Source: Rhodosorus marinus CCMP1338 (taxonomy: Eukaryota > Plantae > Rhodophyta). Taken from it: a stretch of 64,000 nucleotides of DNA. The position numbers and the translations under genes were made by a program. Positions within the stretch are counted from its first letter, which is position 1. Each line of letters opens with the position of its first letter. Location of the stretch: assembly GCA_029953675.1 (NCBI GenBank), contig JAMWBK010000012.1, forward strand, positions 248,001 through 312,000, in the 5' to 3' direction. Positions 55,915 to 64,000 of this stretch are shown one piece after another. The notes below the pieces were generated by a model, which saw nothing but the letters and a program-made list of their open reading frames with translations, was not told the origin of the DNA and did not search any database.

Positions 55915-58885
55915 TTTACTGCACTTTACTAGCATAGCCTGAAGCTACGCAAGGCGTGAAGACGAACTAATAACTAGGGAGGGAAGTATGCAACCCCAGG
56001 CGCCGATGGCGCGCCTCGGAAAGCAGGACTTTACTAGCATAGCCTGAAGCGCTACGCAAGACGTGAAGATGAACTAATAACTAGGGAGGGAAGCATGCAA
56101 CCCCAGGCGCCGATGGCGCGCCTCGGAAAGCATGTCGCTGGAATATCGCCAAAGGGAGACACTTAAACGCCTCAAGACCGCCAAATATTCAGTAGGATGC
56201 TCAGCAAAACATTTCCGCAACCACTCTAAACCCGACTTATCCACGTGACCAAAGCTTTCCACAATGAATGGCTGGAACCGGTGAGAGCAACCCTCAGCGC
56301 AAGGCAGACTGGCCATGCTCTCAGCATACCGTCGTTCCTTAACTCTTCGAAGGACTGAAGCCGCGGCCCCCCGGCGGCGGGAGGCTGCGGTGAGGTGGGC
56401 GCTGGCCACGGGGCAGGTGATCGCAAGGTCCACATATGTTGAGCGTCTGGCAGCAGCGTCGGAGACGAGGAGATCGGCTATACAACGGGGCGGTGCGGAG
56501 TCCGAGATTGATCTGGGCACTTCCGACTCAACCTCAACCGTATGCCCTATCCGAGTCAAAAATTCGCTGAGGATGTACTTGAGGCGAGTGTGACGCCTCG
56601 TACGGAGACCTCTCAACAGTCCGCAGGAACCCAGGAAGTGGTAGCCACAAGCGTCAATCCGGCTCTCACATCCCTGACAGAAAGACGGCCGATTAGAGTG
56701 CCACGGAGCCTGTGGCAAACCGAGATAGATCCGTTAGGCAGAACGGAACTGGAAAGCATCGAGACGATGACTCAATGACGACGGTAGAGTGGTTAACCAC
56801 AAGTGCGAGAGGTGGCCTCCCATGCCGCGGAGACGAGCGGCAGTGGTAGGCGGCGTGAGAGGAGAATTGAGCATGACTGTGTGAGCGGCACTGTGTTGGC
56901 CCCAGGTAAGGCTATGTTGAATCACATCAGTGCGGGAGCTCCACAATCGGCTCAAACCCGGGTAGTCTGCAACAGGTGACCCGGGGCTAGCCTCTCCGTC
57001 ATCGGCAAGAACTCGGTCGAGGGGAGAATCCTCAATCGCTTCAGCTCGTCCCCATGACAGCTCCCTCCAGGAACGAAAGCGGGACCGATTTGCGTCCGGC
57101 ACGGCGTTGCACCTCCTGAACGCGTGTTAAAGACCATCATAAATTGTCAAAAGCGGGGGCGGCAGGGTCACTGGATCCTCGTTGGTCAAAGCTCGAGCCA
57201 AGAGGCAGGCACTTCGCATCTGGAAGGTCACCAACGTTCGCAGCGCGGTAGCCCAGGAGGCAACCGCCGCTGGCGAGCATACCAGCCCACGGTCTGCGAC
57301 GCCGAATCCCCCTAATCGCAACGGTAGAGCGATCTGTGCACGAATCAAGTCCCTGTCGGGAGCAGCTTCAAGATCGAGGGGCTCATCCAAGAGCGTTCCC
57401 CAGTGTTGCAGGGTCATTTCGTCGGCTTTAGCGGCGATCCACGAGCCCCAAGCTGGAGGCAGGCTGCGCAACCAGTAGTTGAGTCTGGGACCGGCACAAA
57501 AGCGGGAAAGCAAGCAGGCCGATTGCAGCATGCTGTCGGGTAGGTGCTCAATGGCGTCGGTGAGTTGCTTGTGCCGTGCCAAAACTCGCTCGCAGGATGC
57601 TTGGACAAAGTTGTCAGTCCCCAATCCGACGCCTTGGTGTTCGAACCCTTCACGTTCGCTGATTAGTCGCAGAGTGGGTGGCAGAGAGGCCAGCGACACG
57701 TCCCTCGGGGGGAGAAAGCGACATTTTTCTGTTTCCACAGTCAAACCGACGCGACGTGCAATCGCTTCGATCTCGGTCAGCCCCCTAGCCAGGGTGTCAG
57801 GGGTGCCCAGCAATGTTACGTCATCGTGGTACGCGCAGATTCGAAGATCCGAGACCTCAGTCGAAAGACGTAAAAGTACGAGCTGTAGGGCACAGGCATG
57901 AAGAAGAGGTCCGCAAGGGTCGCCTTGTTGGACGCCAGTATGTGCTTGAAAAACAGTGCCCTCCGTTGTCAAGTAGGGGAGGCTCTCCCGTCCGTAAATA
58001 CCCGATAGAAACGGCCACGCCTCCGGAAAAACCCGTCGGAGCACCGCTAGCGCATGCGTCCGCGACACGCTGTTGAATGCGTTCCGGAAATCAACCACCA
58101 AGACTCCCCACTCCGGCCTACTGGCGCGTTCTAGCTCGATCCTATGCGTGATCAGTTCGCAACCCCCAGAAAATCCCACCCCTACTTGCAAGGGCGCCAT
58201 GAAAGCTGTGACTCGCTGGCGAAGGCGCTGGCATAGCCATCTCCCGGCTAACTTCCGTAGGCTCTCCACCATCCCGATCGGCCGGAGACGCGGGTGGGCC
58301 GGCTGGTGGTCAGGTTTCGTGAGCAAGCAAAGCTGTGCCTGCCGGAGATGTTCCCATGGCGCAGACGCACCCGATACGCCCTGGAACAACTTTTTAAGAA
58401 TCCTCAGAAGCGCGCTCTGGCCAGGCTGGCTCAGGGCCTGCAATAGCTCTGTTCTTAGTCCGGAGGGTCCGGGACAGCGTCCCCGACGCGAGGTACGAAG
58501 CAAATCCTCCAGGTCAGACTCACTGAGCGTCAGATCGATGCGAAACCTGGCCAACTCCGGACGGTCCAAGAATACCTCGAATTCAGGGGACAAGTCCACG
58601 TCGGACTCAGGGAACAAAGACGACCACACCGTCTGGGCGAGACTATCATCGTAGGGGAGGACAGGCGCCTGGCCCTCCAAAACCCGCGCCGCTCGACTTA
58701 AATCGCCCACTGCTACCAGTTTCTGTACTCGAGCCGGCACGGGCGACACTGTGCCATGCCGAGTCCGACGGGCGGATGGTGCTGACGATGCCAAATAGCT
58801 GCGCTGTAGTACTTCGAAGTCTCGCTTCAAGAACAGGGCCAATCGGTCTCGTACTCGCCATCTGCGCTCCGATGTGTGAATAGGC
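55915..58885 (-). mobile_element. Longest family B ORF2 copy (56027-58885; RT + zinc knuckle + RLE, two in-frame stops) with a short B fragment head-to-tail (55915-56025)
   Basis: RCPGPSGLR, QVGVGFSGGCE, VDFRNAFN, GVQQGDPCGP, AYHDDV, CQGC..HFLGSC, RH, CIADLL..YVDLAI..KERRY..PFIVESFG. ORFs 57127-58842, 56734-57102 and 56074-56718 share one frame. Confidence 0.93.
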
Positions 58886-59643
58886 CTTTACCTTGAGGCG
58901 TAATTTTTGGCCATCTCCCAAACTTCAGGCTCGAAGTGGCTTCGCAAGTGTTCTACTGACCATCCTGCCCAGTATCTTCTACTCCTACGTCGGTGCAGTG
59001 TCGCTTAGTGGCGATACTGCCAGCAACATGCTTGCCCTCGCCCTGGGTTTTGCACCGTTTTGTTCCTCGTACGTAGGCTTGAAGTTGACGGTATCAAGTT
59101 CGCATTAAGCACTGTGTATTGCTCATGGCTATGTTTGTAAACCCACCAACCTACATCTACCTCCCAGAATCCAAACCTCAACCACCGCCAAGGTCGTCGA
59201 TATGTAAATGAGAATCGATGTGAGTAGGAGCTAATGGTAGCCCCTTTCGTTAACGAATTTGTTTAAAATTATATTTTTAAGTAGACTTGTCACAAACGAA
59301 TTGTAGCAGTTTTTTAATATAGCATTCGATGAATTCAATCAGAGAATAAAGATGAGAACCCCAATATTACTAATATTATTAGCTAGTCAGTCATTACCGG
59401 GTTTGTACCGTCTGGGACAACTTGTCCCGGAGTAAAGTAGGACACTGTAGCAAAGGAGCTGGAATCGTCATGTTCCTTGTTGAAGAATAGCCGGATTAAC
59501 CCGGGCGCTACGACTAGTGGATCGGGTTGCCAGGTCTTCCCTAATCTAGCCTAGTTTGATTGTTCTTGCATATCCTTAGCACTACGTTTGGTAGCTGAAG
59601 TAAACTCGAGAAACGCATCCTTACCCATGGTACTGATAGGCAC

Positions 59644-60180
59644 TTGACGCACCTGCCACCCCGTCGCAAGCAAGTCGCGGCGATTGAGACGGGCAACGCG
59701 AAGCCGGAGTTTAAGGGGTATTACCGCCTATCTCCTCTGGAACAGAATGAACTCACTAGACAGTTGGAAGATCTAATCCAAAAGGGGTTTATAACCCTTT
59801 CCAATGGTCAGCGATGGACACCGTTTCCAATTGCTAAGAAGAAAACAAGCCGTCTCCCCATATGGGTAGATTACCGAGCGCTGAACCGAGTCGCAGAACG
59901 GCTGAAATTACCGCTACCAAAAATTGACGATTTTTTTTTTTTTGGACCTGATGAGCTGGGGCTTCTATTGGACCTGCGGCGTGGGTATTGGCAACTCCAG
60001 ACGCGCGAAGAGGATGAACTGAAAACGGCGTTCATTTCTGAGTTTAGAGATTATCAGTGGCGCGTGGCACTGTTTGGTGCTCCGATCAAGCGTATTCCTT
60101 CAGTGAGTAAGCAAATCAACTCCCTGCGGAGTGCCCGTGTGTGCGCCGAGCTCCATGGGTGGTCGGCCCACCTTGCGTAG
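59644..60180 (+). pseudogene. Old Ty3/gypsy RT relic
   Basis: YRLSPLEQNEL..QLEDLIQKGFI..VDYRALN..PLPKIDD..LDLRRGYWQL..KTAF. Confidence 0.8.
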
Positions 60181-61546
60181 GAGGCGGTTAAGTACCCGTT
60201 TGGATTTCTTTCACCCACTTGGGAGTCAGATTCCTGTATTTTCCCCTGTTTAGAGCAAGGCAGTATACGGGATATGGCCAACTCTTATCAAGGGGGAAGT
60301 GTAGAGCCAAAACTGCATGGGACTCGATGAATTCTATCAAGTGATCCGTTTTTTTAGAGCCTAACTACCCTGAGATGAAGAGCGTACAAGATTGTCTTTG
60401 TGGCGTCGTAAGAGCAAAATCCATAACGAAGGGGAATCTCTCATGCGGGCACTCGACCACGATACGAAAAAGAGGGGGCCCCGAAGTACCCTCTTCTAGA
60501 ATAAGTCAGATCAAGTCATTTTGCCACCAAAAATAAGCTGTTGGAGAAAAGGTCCAAACCAAGATCAATCGGTTTTCCCGCAATAATCGTATTGGGAAGA
60601 AGTGGGGACACTTTCCCATCAGCGCAGACGAAGGAATCGCCAGACAGAACGGCCGCTTTCCTAGTTCAATTAAAAGAAGCTACCGCCTTCCAACCCCCAC
60701 TCCTCAGTTTGTTGAACAAGGCTAACATGACTGCTGTCACCCGGCTAACGAGATATTTAATGGCCAACTCTTGTCAAGCGGGAAACGTCCGGGGAAAATG
60801 CATGGGATTTGATCAAATCCATCAAGCGCGTACAGATTATCGTTGTAAGAGGAGAAGAACAACGAAGGGAGCATGGCCAGCCTCCCTTCCGCTGAGGTCA
60901 GGGCTCAATGTTTCAACCTTTCGTTGTGGAGGCTTAGTCAACTTGAAAAGTCAAGCTTGAAGTGGTTTTGAATGCTCACGGCGACCAAAGCTTTCCGCAA
61001 TGAAAGACCGAAAATTTTACCCTCTGCCCTCAGCGGAGGGCGGAGGCTGACCGTGCTCTCGGCGTGCTGTCCCGTTCGAGTGTAGGTGCTGCCTGGTAGG
61101 CATTACCTCATAGTTCAACTACTCGATAGGATTTTCTGCCTCCCTTGTCCGCCAACCCAGGTTCTTTTCACGAGTAAGGAATAGTCTCAATGATCACCAA
61201 CGGCTTCTAACTGACGCCGGAGAACCGGTGACTTTTCGGAACTTTAGCGTCAAGGTGGTACAAACTAGGAACGAGGAACGAAAGCGTACAAGTCAAAGCG
61301 GCGGTAGCCAGCCACGAAATTGTAAACAAATATGAAATGGTAAGGAGGCTCTTGTATTTTCCTTAAGAGCCCGCTGCGAGAGTTAAGCAGAAGAAGGAAA
61401 GCCTAGCGGCAGAACTCTTTGTCTACTAGATTGTGCGGTTCCGCCTCCACAAATCCATCTGCTAGCGCAGAAACCTAGAAGAATCTGATCAGTTCCCAGA
61501 GACACCAACCCTCAGCGACGCCGTGGTCAAAGCACCTGCATCTTGT

Positions 61547-62935
61547 TTACTGCTGTGCCGCAGAAATACGCATCTTCGTGAGAAATGAATGCACATAGGC
61601 CGGCGTAGATTTATAGAGCATCGAACCCAGCGGCTCATTCAGGCCCAACCGGTACAAGAACTTCGGAATTGCCATCAACAGATCCGCAACGAACGGTTTC
61701 ACTGTCTCGGTATGGCATGAAGCCTCGATGCCATTCACCACGATTGTTCCGTCCAGCGTGTGCGGGCTGTACACTCCCGACCGGCGAACGCTGGAGAGTA
61801 CTCCTATGCGCGACTTTCCGAGACCGGTGATGGTCAACTGGTCTCCAACCTTGACCTTCTTGGCCGCGACGAGCGCATCAGCGACGAGGACGTAGTGAGA
61901 ACCCGAGACCTCAATCACGTGACCGCTTTCTGTTTCGATTCTGATGAAATCTGCGTCCTGGGCAGGGTCCTTGTGTCCAAACGCGTAGACGTCGCTGAAA
62001 TCGCCACCGGCAACCATAACTTTGTCACCCGCCTCCAGGAATCTCATAGGTTTTTCAGTGCCGTCAGCTATCAACACGGTGGCATCCCCCGGGAAGCACA
62101 CGGGTAATGAAGTCGGGGTTGGAGTGGGCGTGGCACTGGGTGATACAGCTGGTGACGAAGAATTCTCCGCAGGTGTATCAGTCGGTATGCCGGTCGGTGC
62201 ATCAGTAGGAGCTTCAGTGGGAGCCTCAGTAAGAGCTTCAGAGGGGGCCACAGTAGGAGCTTCGGTGGAGACCTCAGTAGGTGTTTCGGCGTGATACTCA
62301 GTAGGAACTCCAGTGGGAGCCACAGTAGAAGCTTCGGTGGGGATCTCAGTAGGAGCTTCGGTGGGAGGCTCAGTAAGAGCTTCGGTGGGAGGCACAGTAG
62401 GAGCTATGGAAGGGATCGCAGTCGGAACTTCGGAGGGGGCCGCCGTAGGAGCTTCGGTGGGGGTCTCAGTAGCAGCTCCGGTGGGGACCTCAATAGCAGT
62501 TCCGGCGGGGACCTCAGTAGAAACTTGAGTAGGGGCCTCAGTAGGAGCCTTACTCGCAGTTTCCGTTGGTGCTGGAGGTGCCGTGGGAAACCCAGTTTGT
62601 CTCGCTTCACAGTCTCGCTCAGAATCCCTAATGATATCAATGACCAGTGGAGGAAGGCACCTGTCCAATTCCTCAAAAAAACAATCCAAAACCTGGAAGA
62701 GCTCGTCGCAACAGACCATGGCATCGCCTACATCGCCGTCCCCGCCCACGATCTCAGTGGCGCACCGCTGAGAAAGCAGTCCAAGACATTGCTCAACCAG
62801 CTCCTCACAATCAACCTGCCTCAACGCACTCACTACTCGCTTGAAATTGACACCATCTGGCGCACCATTCACACTCCCCAACACCAAAGCGCCTACCAAC
62901 AACCACTTCCAGCTAAAAAACAGCCGAAAATTCAT
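61547..62935 (-). CDS. Secreted Hedgehog-like Hint-domain protein (462 aa): Cys-rich N-domain, PT/EAPT-repeat stalk, Hint domain
   Basis: Signal peptide from MNFRLFFSWKWLLVGALVLG; Hint starts CFPGDATV (Cys at 62098-62096), with IEVSGSHYV and VYSPHTLDGTIVVNGIEASCH motifs and a hydrophobic tail. Confidence 0.88.
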   Translation of the reverse strand: MNFRLFFSWKWLLVGALVLGSVNGAPDGVNFKRVVSALRQVDCEELVEQCLGLLSQRCATEIVGGDGDVGDAMVCCDELFQVLDCFFEELDRCLPPLVIDIIRDSERDCEARQTGFPTAPPAPTETASKAPTEAPTQVSTEVPAGTAIEVPTGAATETPTEAPTAAPSEVPTAIPSIAPTVPPTEALTEPPTEAPTEIPTEASTVAPTGVPTEYHAETPTEVSTEAPTVAPSEALTEAPTEAPTDAPTGIPTDTPAENSSSPAVSPSATPTPTPTSLPVCFPGDATVLIADGTEKPMRFLEAGDKVMVAGGDFSDVYAFGHKDPAQDADFIRIETESGHVIEVSGSHYVLVADALVAAKKVKVGDQLTITGLGKSRIGVLSSVRRSGVYSPHTLDGTIVVNGIEASCHTETVKPFVADLLMAIPKFLYRLGLNEPLGSMLYKSTPAYVHSFLTKMRISAAQQ

Positions 62936-64000
62936 CCTAGGATGGCAAACCCAAATTTTTTTCAACAGAAACAAAACAACTTTCAGCCAGCCCACAGTTG
63001 CTCTCTCTTTCCCTCTTCCTCTCCATTACATACGTCCTCATCTCCCTCCCCGGTCGTCGATCACCCTCCCAACCCCCAACACCCCACCTGCTACTTATAT
63101 ACACCTACGCGAACCGCATCCTCAACAAGAAGAGAAAAAGACATTCAGCACTTGAAGGGTCCATTTTATTCCTTTGCTATATAAAACATACCGCATTTGA
63201 CCGTTCACCCTCCCAAACTGGGACGTTGAGACTGACTATTTCCAATTCGTGAAAAAGTCTAATAATTACGGAAGTCTTTCATATTATGAATTTTGCCCGT
63301 TGCTAAGAAAGTAAATATTAGATGATTTGTGCAGCATACATTGAAGATCGCTAATTACTTCCTTTTTATGATTTCTTAAAACTCAGTTTATGTTTGTTTT
63401 TGTTCCATCTCCTTAATTTATTTATTATTTGGATCTAATAAAGCTGATTATTATAATAACTAGTAATGATTCGAGGCATTCCTTGATTATTTGTAAGAAA
63501 ACAAGTCCGTTCGGACAGTATTGATGAAAAAAGTAGAATATTTCTTTGTTTGTGCCCTTAGCGAAACTACATGTGTGCTTGCATTACCGACGCGCGACTA
63601 GAATCAGGGCAAGGGTGGACCGGCCGAAGCCCGGGTGTGAAGAGCCACAACGAGTCACAACGGGAAAAGGTAATATTTTGAACTGGAGGGGAGGTGGCGA
63701 ATAAGAAGACGGGCAGAGAAACGCCCAACACGTCGCTGCGGACGAGCACCCCCTGAAAAGTACTCTTGGAGAATCGTGATTAGGACGCATTCTATCCCAC
63801 TCCTAGCCTTCTATACATGGATTGCAAATTACTGCCCGCATAAAGAGATGTCACCACGAGTAAAACTATTAAACTAGCCTGTTAGAGTTATGCTAGACCA
63901 CCGGTCAGCCGAGAGCAGTTAAGAAGCGACCGTCAGCGAAGCACTTCCCGAGACACTTCCAGCCGAGAACTTCCGCCCTACCCAAGCGTTCCACTACGAA

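Noticed and set aside
62291-63184. 297-aa Ser/Arg/Gly-rich ORF
   Set aside because: Antisense shadow of the Hint protein PT repeats.
1-64000. tRNA, rRNA, snRNA or SL-RNA target arrays and telomeric repeats
   Set aside because: None recognisable by eye; a covariance-model search (Infernal/tRNAscan-SE) would be needed to exclude them.

Overview
Eukaryotic, transposon-rich window. Short (70-85 nt) GT-AG introns and a secreted Hint-domain protein with PT repeats suggest a red-alga-like protist; that assignment is inference. No tRNA, rRNA or CRISPR array can be supported. About half the window is retroelement DNA. There is one young Ty3/gypsy chromovirus (8134-13368, minus strand, 305-bp LTRs, 5-bp TSD). 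Dozens of fragments come from three families (called A, B and C here) of CRE/SLACS-like non-LTR retrotransposons with a restriction-like endonuclease (RLE). These fragments insert into one another and form head-to-tail arrays. BED-finger DNA-transposon relics and a candidate Helitron 3' end are also present. All six plausible host genes encode signal-peptide proteins: (1) beta-propeller plus fascin-like, (2) EGF plus C2-like, (3) a 16-exon Cys-rich protein built from tandem phase-0 exon/intron modules, (4) its single-domain paralogue, (5) a 1268-aa Gly-rich/helical toxin-like protein, and (6) a Hint protein. The most unusual structure is 24.7-26.0 kb. It looks like a repeat-spacer array, but on the minus strand it is a series of homologous ~82-nt introns alternating with divergent Cys-rich micro-exons.
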